From an uncultured Gammaproteobacteria bacterium (lineage in GTDB: Bacteria; Patescibacteriota; Microgenomatia; 2-02-FULL-39-11): 64,000 bases of DNA. The stretch spans positions 7,182 to 71,181 of the forward strand of contig CAYUNW010000003.1 in assembly GCA_964446235.1 (NCBI GenBank). The letters run 5' to 3'. The notes below the pieces were generated by a model, which had not been told where the DNA came from, made no database searches, and saw only the letters and a list, made by a program, of their open reading frames with translations. Shown piece after piece: positions 46,945 to 56,215 of the stretch; position 1 is the stretch's first letter, and each line of letters opens with the position of its first letter. The translations under genes were made by a program, and so were the position numbers.

Positions 46945-47496
46945 ATGAAACCGGAATTTGAAGATGCTTATTTGCCACAAGAACAATTATTGAGAAAAAT
47001 ATTGGGAGATTACAAATCTTTTACCCTTGATTTACTTCAAAGATTAGCGGATGCGGGTATTGGTGTTCAAGATTATCCAATTGACCATGTGTGTTTCAAG
47101 GTTTCCAGTATAAAGAATTACCACATTATGTTGGTTTTATTGACGCCGCATATTCAGGGAATCTGTGAGACAGTTCATCACGGAAGGCCTTTTGCAAAAC
47201 TACTATTATCAAACCCGCTTCAGGTTGATAAATATACAATTCCTGTAATAGAAATTCCAGCTCCTAAAGAAGGGGAGGAAACAAAAGATGGACTTGATCA
47301 TATTGAGATGGTTGTGGGTGATAATTACCAAAGTTTACATCAAGCTCATAATAGTTTATAGTTCGGAATTGTTGACAGTGGGCCTTTCAATAAACTGTAT
47401 TTCATTACTTTTGATAACGGGAAAACTGTCCGATTTCATGAAATGTCAATTACTGACGTGATGCGGAATGAAGGTAATAGTTTCACTGCGATTTAG
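46945..47496 (+). pseudogene. YecM-like (VOC-fold) gene interrupted by an in-frame TAG at 47359-47361
   Basis: DHVCFKV, HHGRPFAKLLL and VIEIPAPKEGEE..GLDHIEMVV lie before the stop. The same frame continues ..FDNGKTVRFHEMSITDVM, matching the YecM C-terminus. Confidence 0.65.
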
Positions 47497-47507
47497 ACAG
47501 TAATCCC

Positions 47508-47612
47508 TTAAGTAGTTCCTTATTTCATCCACTGGATCGGACTAGGTAATAAGCAAGACTAGCGGGAATCAAATTAAACGCGGGAGAAATATTTACGGGA
47601 TAATTAGTTTAT
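47508..47612 (+). repeat. Intergenic repeat family, copy D
   Basis: ttaagtagttcc..ATCCAcTGGAT..cgcgggag..gggataattagtttatt. Confidence 0.6.
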
Positions 47613-47643
47613 TACTATACTACTCTTGACTAATCGTCTCAAA

Positions 47644-48714
47644 ATGATACGATTATTGTATATGAATGAGACGATAACTCCTAGACAGGCACGAATATTG
47701 AATATTATAATTTCATCAAGCGGGATTACAAGAGATGCAATTCTATCCGATATTGAAAGAATTTATGCAATATCCAGACCAACTTTGATACGTGATTTAA
47801 ATGTATTACTAAGTCAAAAAAGGATAAAAAGTGTTGGGAAGGGACCGGTAACCAAATACGTTTCGATTGAAGAAAATCCGTTGTTTAAAAAATTTGATTT
47901 AAATGCATATTTTTCAACGGATCCGGATCAAAGAAGTGCTAAAAGGGTATTTGATTTTTCAGTTTTCAACAGACTAAAAAACCTTTTTAATCAGGAAGAA
48001 ACTGCAAGTCTTGAAAAAATTAAAAAAAGTTTCTCTATGTCCGCATCGCGACTTGATCCAGGAATTTTGAAGCGGGAGCTTGAAAGGTTTGTGATCGAGC
48101 TTTCATGGAAATCATCCAAAATCGAAGGGAATACCTATACGCTTCTGGAGACAGAATCGCTTATAAAGGAAAGGATTGAAGCAAAAGGTAAAAGAAAAGA
48201 TGAGGCTATTATGATTCTAAATCATAAAGCCGTGTTTGACGTCATTTTAAGGAATAAAGATGATTTTATTACAATGAATTTATCAAAAATAAATCAGTTG
48301 CATAATGTTCTGATAAAAGATTTGAATATTAGTGCAGGTTTAAGAAATCAGGCTGTCGGAATAACCGGCACGATATATATTCCGCTTGAAAATCATCATC
48401 AGTTAAGAGAGGCAATGGAAAAAATGACTGATTTGGTAAATAAAACAAAAAATCCATTGGAAAAAGCAATGATTATCCACATAATGATTCCTTATATCCA
48501 ACCGTTTGTTGACGGAAATAAACGGACAGGAAGAATGCTTACCAACGCAGTTCTTCTTGCTCATGATATGTTTCCGCTGTCATACAGAAGCATGGATGTG
48601 GACGAATTTAAAAAAGCATTGATTCTTTTCTATGAACAACAAAGTATATTGGCGGTAAAGAAAATATTTATTGAACAGTTCCGTTTTGCAAACGACACAT
48701 ATTTCAAGTCATAA
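47644..48714 (+). CDS. Fic-family protein with N-terminal HTH, non-canonical active-site motif
   Basis: The Fic core reads IQPFVDGNKRTGR, whereas the canonical form is HPFxDGNGRxxR. Confidence 0.7.
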   Translation: MIRLLYMNETITPRQARILNIIISSSGITRDAILSDIERIYAISRPTLIRDLNVLLSQKRIKSVGKGPVTKYVSIEENPLFKKFDLNAYFSTDPDQRSAKRVFDFSVFNRLKNLFNQEETASLEKIKKSFSMSASRLDPGILKRELERFVIELSWKSSKIEGNTYTLLETESLIKERIEAKGKRKDEAIMILNHKAVFDVILRNKDDFITMNLSKINQLHNVLIKDLNISAGLRNQAVGITGTIYIPLENHHQLREAMEKMTDLVNKTKNPLEKAMIIHIMIPYIQPFVDGNKRTGRMLTNAVLLAHDMFPLSYRSMDVDEFKKALILFYEQQSILAVKKIFIEQFRFANDTYFKS

Positions 48715-48770
48715 TAACTATAAAAATTTATGCTTTTTTCTCAACGGTAACTATTTTGATGATTATTATT

Positions 48771-48861
48771 CCTAACAGTTCGGATAATATCCACTAGGGG
48801 GAGCCAAATAATTAGGAGCATTACGACGGTCTTTTTTTGTTCCCTAGTAGGACGATAGAAC
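48771..48861 (+). repeat. Intergenic repeat family, copy B
   Basis: cctaacagttcggataatatccactagggggagcc..aggagcattacgacggtcTTTTTTTgt..taggacgatagaac. Its 5' part resembles the tRNA-Asn 3' end. Confidence 0.75.
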
Positions 48862-48899
48862 TTTTTTCATTGACTTGTATCTAATTATCTATATAATAT

Positions 48900-49223
48900 A
48901 TGAACATGGGTTCATATAATTGCTGTACTTCCAATAAAAAAGAAGAGAGAGATGTTTCTCAATTATCACCACTACTCAAACTAGTGGCAGAAGAAAGCAG
49001 ATTGAAGTTGCTTTGTGTATTAAGACAAGGAAAGCACTGTGTCTGCGAGTTGATTGAACATGGAAATATGTCCCAAAGCCTTATATCTCATCATCTTAAA
49101 GATTTGAAAGATACAGGACTAATAAAGGACGAAAAAAGAGGACAATGGGTTTATTACTCTTTAACAGCCATGGGTAAAAGAACAACGGATTTATTATTCA
49201 GGATAAACAGAAAGGAGTCTTAA
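48900..49223 (+). CDS. ArsR/SmtB-family transcriptional regulator
   Basis: CVCEL..MSQSLISHHLKDLKDTGLI...RGQWVYYSL. Confidence 0.85.
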   Translation: MNMGSYNCCTSNKKEERDVSQLSPLLKLVAEESRLKLLCVLRQGKHCVCELIEHGNMSQSLISHHLKDLKDTGLIKDEKRGQWVYYSLTAMGKRTTDLLFRINRKES

Positions 49224-49225
49224 TT

Positions 49226-49483
49226 ATGAAAATACAAGTATTAGGTTCAGGTTGCACTACATGTAAAAATCTTTATGAAATAACCCAAAAAGCTGTAAAG
49301 GAAATGAGCAATAGTGCAGAAGTGGAATATATTACAGGCGATGAAGGAATGAGAAAAATTATTGAACTGGGAGCAATGAACAGCCCTGTTTTGTTGGTAA
49401 ACGGAAAAATTGCCATGACTGGATTTACTTCTGATATAGAGAAAATAAAGGAAAAGATAAAAGTAGTTTTTGAAGAAAAATAA
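49226..49483 (+). CDS. Small thioredoxin-fold protein (Thioredoxin_3 type)
   Basis: MKIQVLGSGCTTCKNL.. CxxC motif, 85 aa. Confidence 0.75.
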   Translation: MKIQVLGSGCTTCKNLYEITQKAVKEMSNSAEVEYITGDEGMRKIIELGAMNSPVLLVNGKIAMTGFTSDIEKIKEKIKVVFEEK

Positions 49484-49486
49484 CTT

Positions 49487-50467
49487 ATGGATATATTTTC
49501 CCCGATTCAATTATTTGCTGATACTGTTACTTATAAGTGGTTGGGGATTGTCCCTAATACCTATATTGGCGATACTGTCAATTTTTTCATTTACGATATT
49601 ATAAAAATTGGGATACTTCTTATAGTTATCAACTACATTATGGCATTCATTAGGTACTACTTTCCTATGGAAAAGGTCAGAGATATTCTGACCAAAAGAA
49701 GGTGGTACGGATTGGATTATTTACTTGCAGCACTTCTTGGTGTTATCACGCCTTTCTGTTCCTGCTCCTCAATTCCGCTTTTCATTGGTTTTCTATCAGC
49801 AGGTATACCTCTTGGAGTGACTTTTGCCTTTCTTATCAGTTCACCTCTGATAAACGAATCATCCCTTTATATTTTTCCTGCTATATTTGGATTAAGAATT
49901 ACGGTTCTTTATAATCTTGTTGGGCTTGTAATAAGTGTAATTGGAGGAATGATTATCCAAAGGATGAATATGGAGAAATTTATCCAACCTGAATTCCTGA
50001 AATTCAAATCAAGAAAGCAAGTAGAGGCAAAGTATGAAGACCAGAAAGTACCATTCAATGACCTAGTAAAACACTGGTCAAGCGAGGCAATGGAAATAAC
50101 CAAAAAGATATTTCCCTATGTTGTTTTGGGTGTAGGGTTTGGGGCAATAATACATGGTTTTGTCCCTGAAGAATTGATTACTAAGTACTTATCAGTAAGA
50201 AGCTGGTATACCATTCCGATTGCAGTTATTCTTGGTATTCCGCTTTATGCTAACTCTGTTAGCATTATTCCTGTTATTGAAGCCTTAGTTGGAAAAGGTA
50301 TTCCAATAGGTACTGCGCTTTCTTTTATGACGGCAACGGTAACATTATCGCTTCCTGAAGCATTAATGCTTAAAAAGGTTATGAAGATTCCTCTACTTGC
50401 TACATTCTTCATAATTACGACATTAGGGATTATACTTATCGGATACTTGTTGAATATAGTGGGTTAA
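49487..50467 (+). CDS. ArsP_1-type permease
   Basis: Polytopic protein with the ITPFCSCSSIPLF motif. ArsR - Trx_3 - permease is a recurrent operon arrangement. Confidence 0.7.
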   Translation: MDIFSPIQLFADTVTYKWLGIVPNTYIGDTVNFFIYDIIKIGILLIVINYIMAFIRYYFPMEKVRDILTKRRWYGLDYLLAALLGVITPFCSCSSIPLFIGFLSAGIPLGVTFAFLISSPLINESSLYIFPAIFGLRITVLYNLVGLVISVIGGMIIQRMNMEKFIQPEFLKFKSRKQVEAKYEDQKVPFNDLVKHWSSEAMEITKKIFPYVVLGVGFGAIIHGFVPEELITKYLSVRSWYTIPIAVILGIPLYANSVSIIPVIEALVGKGIPIGTALSFMTATVTLSLPEALMLKKVMKIPLLATFFIITTLGIILIGYLLNIVG

Positions 50468-50483
50468 GTAAATATTGCGGTTG

Positions 50484-50537
50484 AAAAGTAGTAAAGCAGT
50501 TGCTTATGTAGTCTACCACTTTGGAGCACGATCAATG
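50484..50537 (+). repeat. Intergenic repeat family, partial copy E
   Basis: aaaagtagt..AGCAgtTGCT..ggagcacgatcaatg. Confidence 0.4.
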
Positions 50538-50999
50538 TGTATAGGTTGTTAGTTTCTGTAGCCTATCGATATAGGCATATTTCCAGAAGAGAAGGGTGGG
50601 TTTTCCGATTAACATTTTGGCAAATATTTGCAAAAGATTATTCTTGATTTGAACCTCGTTTCGGTAGATAATTCTTGTTCCGGAGGAAACTTCCTCCAAT
50701 ATAAAACTTTCATTTTCAGTTGCCAAAACAGAAGTATTAACTGATTTAAATCCTTTATTGGGTAATAATTGTGTGCTCATCAAAACATGAAACGGAATAC
50801 CAAACGTTTTTGATACGGCATCAATGGTTAAATTATTACCTTGTTTATTGATAATCTTTAATGATTTTGCCACTAATGGAAAATACTTCGGAGCATTTTC
50901 AAAATCGGTAATTATTTCATAAATTTTTTGTTGTGGAGCATTAATGATCCATGACCCTTTCAAAATAATCGATCTCATGTAATTATTATACGTTAACAA
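50532..50999 (-). CDS. SRPBCC (START/polyketide-cyclase-like) protein
   Basis: ..I.APQQKIYEIITDFENAPKYFP.. pattern. The start may be 50978. Confidence 0.55.
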   Translation of the reverse strand: MLTYNNYMRSIILKGSWIINAPQQKIYEIITDFENAPKYFPLVAKSLKIINKQGNNLTIDAVSKTFGIPFHVLMSTQLLPNKGFKSVNTSVLATENESFILEEVSSGTRIIYRNEVQIKNNLLQIFAKMLIGKPTLLFWKYAYIDRLQKLTTYTH

Positions 51000-51050
51000 G
51001 TTAAATAACTGTTAAGTAATATAGGTAAAAGAGGTTTTTTTCTTCTTTGA

Positions 51051-51100
51051 GTCGGAGTGTACGATTTTTAAAAAGAAGCGTTACAGCGCTCCCTTTTTCG
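51051..51100 (+). repeat. Intergenic repeat family, partial copy F
   Basis: gaagcgttacagcgctcccTTTTTcg. Confidence 0.45.
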
Positions 51101-51115
51101 TGATAAAATATCAGT

Positions 51116-51385
51116 ATGACAAAGTTGGAGGAGTTAGAATTGGAGATTCAGGAAATTAAAGGTAGAAACAAAAGAGTTGAATCTGATAAAGCTTGGGAGA
51201 CAAGTGGGACAAGAAGAGTGTTATTAGCAATTTTTACTTATTTGGCAATCAGTCTTTATATGTATACTATCTCTTTACCCAGTCCTTGGGTGAATGCTAT
51301 TGTGCCAAGCATAGGTTTTCTTCTTTCTACATTGACGCTTCCAACGTTTAAAAGACTCTGGCAAAGGTATATTTATAAGAAATAG
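51116..51385 (+). CDS. Small two-TM protein with N-terminal coiled coil
   Basis: 89 aa, ..RVESDKAWETSGTRR.. followed by two helices. Confidence 0.45.
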   Translation: MTKLEELELEIQEIKGRNKRVESDKAWETSGTRRVLLAIFTYLAISLYMYTISLPSPWVNAIVPSIGFLLSTLTLPTFKRLWQRYIYKK

Positions 51386-51520
51386 CCAATAAGAAGATCT
51401 CAACTTCTAATCATTTTTATATCATAAAGATAAATTCCCATTCTATTTTTAGTAGTTTGACAACACTCTTAAATTGTTATATATTTATAACATATTGTTA
51501 TAAATATTTAACTAACTTAT

Positions 51521-51949
51521 ATGATTGCAAATACTGCTTGGTTCAACAGAAGAAAATATACCGGTTGGGGGTTAACGCCAAAAACATGGCAGGGTGTAGT
51601 CTATATCTTAATAATCGCCGGGACTACCATTTTCATCCAAAGCATTTCTTTGGATGAAACCTTAAAAATGGTTTTAACTGCAGTTTGGGTAGTTTTTGTT
51701 TTGATAGATTTACTTCAAGTTATGGCTTTGATAAAACTAGACGAAAGAGAAAAGAAAATCGAGGCTATTGCCGAAAGAAATGCGTCCTGGACTATGGTTA
51801 CTTCGATTGCTTTGATACTCCTTTATGTTTCAACAATCGGAAAAGAGCTTCAAGGTCAGGAACTTATACCTTTGCTTATTTTACCTATGATTGCAGGAGT
51901 GGTAGTCAAAGGAATTTCAAATATTTTATTGGAAAAAAAAGGAATTTAA
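51521..51949 (+). CDS. Four-TM membrane protein (DUF2178-like partner of the downstream HTH gene)
   Basis: 142 aa. Adjacent to a 63-aa XRE regulator, which is a common pairing. Confidence 0.45.
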   Translation: MIANTAWFNRRKYTGWGLTPKTWQGVVYILIIAGTTIFIQSISLDETLKMVLTAVWVVFVLIDLLQVMALIKLDEREKKIEAIAERNASWTMVTSIALILLYVSTIGKELQGQELIPLLILPMIAGVVVKGISNILLEKKGI

Positions 51950-51957
51950 TTATATAA

Positions 51958-52149
51958 ATGAAAACCAGAATAAAAGAATTCAGGGCAAAATATAACTTAA
52001 CCCAGGAAGCGTTGGCTGAAAAAGTTAATGTCAGACGGGAAACGATTGTTTTTTTGGAAAAAGGTAAATACAATCCGTCTTTGAAACTTGCTTACGATAT
52101 TTCCAAAGTCCTGAAAACCACAATAGAAGAATTATTTTTGTTCGGTTAG
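51958..52149 (+). CDS. XRE-family HTH transcriptional regulator
   Basis: [34 protein letters not shown]. Confidence 0.85.
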   Translation: MKTRIKEFRAKYNLTQEALAEKVNVRRETIVFLEKGKYNPSLKLAYDISKVLKTTIEELFLFG

Positions 52150-52170
52150 AAAAATTACTGAGATTTCTAT

Positions 52171-52220
52171 ACGGATTCGATAATATCAAAACCTCTTATC
52201 TCCAGCTGATTGAAATGTTA
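52171..52220 (+). repeat. Intergenic repeat family, degenerate copy G
   Basis: acggattcgataatatc..tatctccagctgattgaaatg aligns with the 5' halves of copies A and B. Confidence 0.35.
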
Positions 52221-52341
52221 TTTATCGGAATAATTATTCGATGAATTGAAAGATAAAATATTTCTGAATTACGAAAGAACTTTTTTAAGCTTATTTAGTA
52301 AAATTTTGTATTTTATTGTTGTTTTCTTATATAGTTAAAAT

Positions 52342-52950
52342 ATGTCTGAAACCAATAAAAAAGGATTGTTTCTTTCACTTTTTACCGTGGTTTATAATTT
52401 AATCGAAGGTTCTATATCAGTAGGAGTGGGAAATATATTCGGAAGTATATCATTGGTGGGGTTTGGACTTGATAGTTTTATAGAAAGTCTTTCAGGAATG
52501 ATTCTTGTTTGGAGGTTTACCAGGAGTAATAAAAGTGCAGATGTGCATAATGATAAAACCGAACAAAAAGCAATAAGAATGATTTCCTATACGTTTTTTA
52601 TTCTCGCTTTTTATATAGTCTATGAATCCACATACAAACTTTTGAGCAATAAACCTCCACAAGAGAGTGTTTTCGGCATCATTATCGCAATGATTTCAAT
52701 TATAGTAATGACATTTCTATACAGAAGTAAAAAGACATTGGGATTTGATAAACATATCCGAAGTCTGGTGGCTGATTCCAAACAAACGCTAGCCTGTATT
52801 TGGCTGTCAATTATCATGCTTTTTGGAGTGGGACTGAATTACTTTTTTAATATCTGGTGGAGTGATGCGGTGGCAGGTTTGGTAATTGCAGGTTTTTTAC
52901 TGAAAGAAGGGTATAAGACATATAAGGAGAAAGATCTTTGCGGTTGTTAA
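52342..52950 (+). CDS. Cation-diffusion-facilitator-like membrane protein (TM domain only)
   Basis: Six helices with ..LVGFGLDSFIESLSG.. Ends in CGC. Confidence 0.4.
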   Translation: MSETNKKGLFLSLFTVVYNLIEGSISVGVGNIFGSISLVGFGLDSFIESLSGMILVWRFTRSNKSADVHNDKTEQKAIRMISYTFFILAFYIVYESTYKLLSNKPPQESVFGIIIAMISIIVMTFLYRSKKTLGFDKHIRSLVADSKQTLACIWLSIIMLFGVGLNYFFNIWWSDAVAGLVIAGFLLKEGYKTYKEKDLCGC

Positions 52951-53035
52951 TAAGTAAATCTGTTTTGAATCATTACAATATTTTACTGAAAGATTATCAG
53001 TTATTAAAATTAGAACAGCAAAAACTTTTAATTGT

Positions 53036-53293
53036 ATGAATAAACCTACAATTACCGGGAGAATTTACTTAAAAATATTTGAAATACTGGAAAAACATCC
53101 ATTGGGTATCAGATGGACGGATTTAATTTCAAAAATTATATTTTCAGATCCTAAGCTTCACCCAAAAACAGTCAATGGATGTGTTTGGAAAATAGTAGAA
53201 AAATTTCCGGATAAAGTTTATAAACCGTCCAAAGGCATTTTTCGTCTTGTAAAATTTAAATTTAGTGATAAAAGTGACACAGGAATAGATTGA
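53036..53293 (+). CDS. Small hypothetical protein (winged-helix-like)
   Basis: 85 aa with no motif recognised. Confidence 0.3.
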   Translation: MNKPTITGRIYLKIFEILEKHPLGIRWTDLISKIIFSDPKLHPKTVNGCVWKIVEKFPDKVYKPSKGIFRLVKFKFSDKSDTGID

Positions 53294-53371
53294 CTAGTAA
53301 GATATAAATTTTTTTCTTTCCATACTTAATAGTTTAGTAATTTAAAACTTGTGTAATGCTATAATCATATT

Positions 53372-53677
53372 ATGTCAAAAAACCCTTTTATAAATGCCTT
53401 TAGCGCTTCGGCTTATATAATTTTTATTGTCTCAGTGATGACATATATCACCTAACCTTTAAAAAACAAACCTGACACCTTTGCTGCTCCAATAGTATTT
53501 TTGTCCGTACTTACCTTATCTGTAGCAGTCATGGCATTTTTATTTTTTTATCAACCGCTTCTTTTCTTGATTGAGGGTAAGCAAAAAAATGCAGTGAACC
53601 TATTTGTAAAAACAGTTGGTATTTTTGCATTATTGACAGCTATAGCTTTAACCCTTCTTTTTTCGGGAATATTATAA
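53372..53677 (+). pseudogene. Small membrane-protein gene interrupted by an in-frame TAA at 53453-53455
   Basis: MSKNPFINAFSASAYIIFIVSVMTYIT * PLKNKPDTFAAPIVFLSVLTLSVAVMAFLFF..ALLTAIALTLLFSGIL lies in one frame. Hydrophobic helices occur on both sides of the stop. Confidence 0.5.
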
Positions 53678-53773
53678 TCATTGAATAATTCCAAGTAGTA
53701 TTTTTCTAAAATACTAATTCCTCGATAAGTCAAGCGGAAAGTTGGACATTTTCCATAATGGAATATTTCACTA

Positions 53774-54175
53774 TTATTGTATCAGAGGTTGGATGAAGTC
53801 CAGATAAACACCTAAAATTAAGGCTACAGCAGAAAAGATAAATATACAAATATAATTCCATTTTTCCTTGGATGATTGAAGTGTTTGAAATATATATTTC
53901 ATTACATTTCGATCATCTTCATTCAGTTCGGTAAGTTTACCTACTTTTTCTTCAAGATTTCTCTCTTTTATCAATTTTGCTCTTTTTTCCGAGATAAGAA
54001 AACGGTGGTAAAAATATATTACAAAACCTATAGTTCCGATATACCAGGCAATTATTGCTCCGGTATTGGTAAAGTGATTGAGGATGACGATGATTCGGTA
54101 AGCGATTGTGGCAATTATACCGGTGATAAAAAACAGATTTCTGATGACTGGAGAGTGAAGCTTAGGGTTTTCCAT
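53774..54175 (-). CDS. Membrane protein, unknown function
   Basis: 133 aa with three helices. Confidence 0.4.
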   Translation of the reverse strand: MENPKLHSPVIRNLFFITGIIATIAYRIIVILNHFTNTGAIIAWYIGTIGFVIYFYHRFLISEKRAKLIKERNLEEKVGKLTELNEDDRNVMKYIFQTLQSSKEKWNYICIFIFSAVALILGVYLDFIQPLIQ

Positions 54176-54229
54176 TTATAAATTATATCAGAATTTTTCG
54201 CGGTTATTATAAAGAAAATAGGTAGAGTT

Positions 54230-54952
54230 TCATTTAGGAATATTTTTTGCCTGACAAATATAAGTCCGTATTCTATTGGCAAAATGCAATATACATGCCG
54301 TGCCAAATATCACTGATAATTCTACATGATGATAAAGCATTTGATTGTAGCGAAGTGATTTGAAAAAGGGATATTGAAACGACAAAATCATGATAATTCC
54401 ATAAATAAATGAAGGTATCAACCCTATAAGCATGACGCTATTCCAGATGAAATTATGGGTATTTTTTCCCAATATTTTCATGCTGATTAAATATGCAAAT
54501 AAGGTAAAGAGAAATGGAATATAAAAGTCATAAGGATTTGATGAATTTATCGAAATTTTTTCTTGGTCTTGTGTTACGGTTTTTGTATTGTTGAGTTGAT
54601 TAATACTTGGTTGTTCGGATGGTTTTAAATCAAGATCACCGATATAATATTCCTCCAGCATGGTATAGGCTTTGCTGCTATGGTCTTTGTTCCTTCCGGC
54701 TTTGTCCTGAAAATCTTTTGTGGCTTCCTTCCCGCACCAGGGTCTGATGTTTAGCTTATCGTCATGATCTTCTAAGTAGTTACCAAGATCGTATACTTTT
54801 TGGTTGATACTCATCCAACAGTCAGCGGGCTTATTATGCTTTGAAACATCTTCTAAAGTATATGAAGACTGGCTATAAGTTTTAGACGGATACGAAAGGA
54901 GAAACAAAAAAGAAATCATTAATACAAAAAGGGGTTTGAAAATATTACTCAT
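54230..54952 (-). CDS. Cytochrome b5-like heme-binding domain protein with C-terminal TM region
   Basis: Signal peptide followed by ..VSKHNKPADCWMSINQKVYDL..YL..H.. and C-terminal helices. Confidence 0.6.
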   Translation of the reverse strand: MSNIFKPLFVLMISFLFLLSYPSKTYSQSSYTLEDVSKHNKPADCWMSINQKVYDLGNYLEDHDDKLNIRPWCGKEATKDFQDKAGRNKDHSSKAYTMLEEYYIGDLDLKPSEQPSINQLNNTKTVTQDQEKISINSSNPYDFYIPFLFTLFAYLISMKILGKNTHNFIWNSVMLIGLIPSFIYGIIMILSFQYPFFKSLRYNQMLYHHVELSVIFGTACILHFANRIRTYICQAKNIPK

Positions 54953-55072
54953 AAAAATAAATGATACTTATTGCAATTCCAATATAAATAGTATATAACT
55001 AGTACAGAAATAGTATCTGTTATAAGAGATTTGTTCTTATTTATCATTTAAATCGGACATTTCAAAAATCCT

Positions 55073-56152
55073 ATGAGAAAGATTATATTTGGTATTTTCA
55101 TTTTTTCCTTATTTTTCGGCGGGATTTTTACTTTCAGCAAATTTTCTGCAAATAAATCTAATACGTTTGAAATTGTTAAAAATTATGAGAATGAAGGCGG
55201 TCCGGATATCAATCCGCATCCTTTATCCATTGAAACCCTTAGAAACGGTGAATATCCCGGAAGTGAAATTGTATATGAACAAACATTAAGCCGTGGTAGT
55301 AATTATGGCAAATATGTTGCGTCTTATCGTTCCGAAGGGCTTAAAATATATGCTTTGTTGACTATACCGGAAGGTGAAAAGCCGGTGGATGGTTATCCGG
55401 CGGTCATCTTCAATCACGGTTATATTTCTCCTTCAATTTATAAAACGACGGAAAGATATATTGCCTATCAGGACGCTTTTGCCAGAAACGGATATGTTAC
55501 TTTCAAATCAGACTATAGAGGACATGGTAATTCCGAAGGACAGGCCAGGGGAGGATATAGTCAAAATGATTATACGATAGATATATTAAATGCCGTAACT
55601 TCAATCAAAATGCTGAAATTACCAAATCAGGAGTCAATTGGAGGTGAAATTGTTGACTCAAATAATATCGGAATGTGGGGACATAGCATGGGAGGCCATA
55701 TGACATTGGAAGCTATGGTAGTCACAAAAGATATCAAAGCCGGAGTGATTTGGGCAGGGGTAGTAGGATCATATCAGGATTTGGTTGAAAACTGGAGAAG
55801 GAATAGACCCACTCCGATAGGCGTGCCTACGGGACGTGGCAGCTGGAGACAGGAATTGATTTTGTCATACGGTATGCCTCAAGAAAATCCGCAGTTTTGG
55901 AACTCTCTTTCGGCTACTAATTATCTAAATGATCTATCCGGCCCCATACAACTGCATCATGGGGAAGCTGATACTTCCGTACCGGTGGAATTTTCCCAAA
56001 AATTATATGAAAGGATTTTAAACATCGGTAAATACGCCGAAATCTATACTTATCCGGGCGATGATCATAATATCAGTACTAATTTAAGTTTAGCCTTGAA
56101 AAGATCTGTTGATTTTTTCGATAAGTATCTGAAAGACTATCAGACAGATTAA
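55073..56152 (+). CDS. Alpha/beta hydrolase (S9 peptidase/dienelactone-hydrolase-like)
   Basis: Nucleophile elbow GHSMGG, later D and H (GDDH). Confidence 0.7.
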   Translation: MRKIIFGIFIFSLFFGGIFTFSKFSANKSNTFEIVKNYENEGGPDINPHPLSIETLRNGEYPGSEIVYEQTLSRGSNYGKYVASYRSEGLKIYALLTIPEGEKPVDGYPAVIFNHGYISPSIYKTTERYIAYQDAFARNGYVTFKSDYRGHGNSEGQARGGYSQNDYTIDILNAVTSIKMLKLPNQESIGGEIVDSNNIGMWGHSMGGHMTLEAMVVTKDIKAGVIWAGVVGSYQDLVENWRRNRPTPIGVPTGRGSWRQELILSYGMPQENPQFWNSLSATNYLNDLSGPIQLHHGEADTSVPVEFSQKLYERILNIGKYAEIYTYPGDDHNISTNLSLALKRSVDFFDKYLKDYQTD

Positions 56153-56215
56153 TATCTGCTGGCATTTTCATATATTAAATATTTATAATTTTTCAAAATA
56201 AGATATAATAAACTT

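Noticed and set aside
51457-51957. Track ORFs 51457-51657 and 51685-51957 overlapping the 142-aa membrane gene.
   Set aside because: They are alternate frames of the same region. The 51521-51949 frame gives a coherent four-helix membrane protein paired with the XRE regulator.
44734-52220. The repeat-punctuated cassettes as an integron with attC sites.
   Set aside because: No IntI-type tyrosine recombinase or attI is present, and the repeats lack the paired R''/L''-L'/R' (RYYYAAC..GTTRRRY) imperfect palindrome. Some units contain several genes or a reverse-oriented gene.
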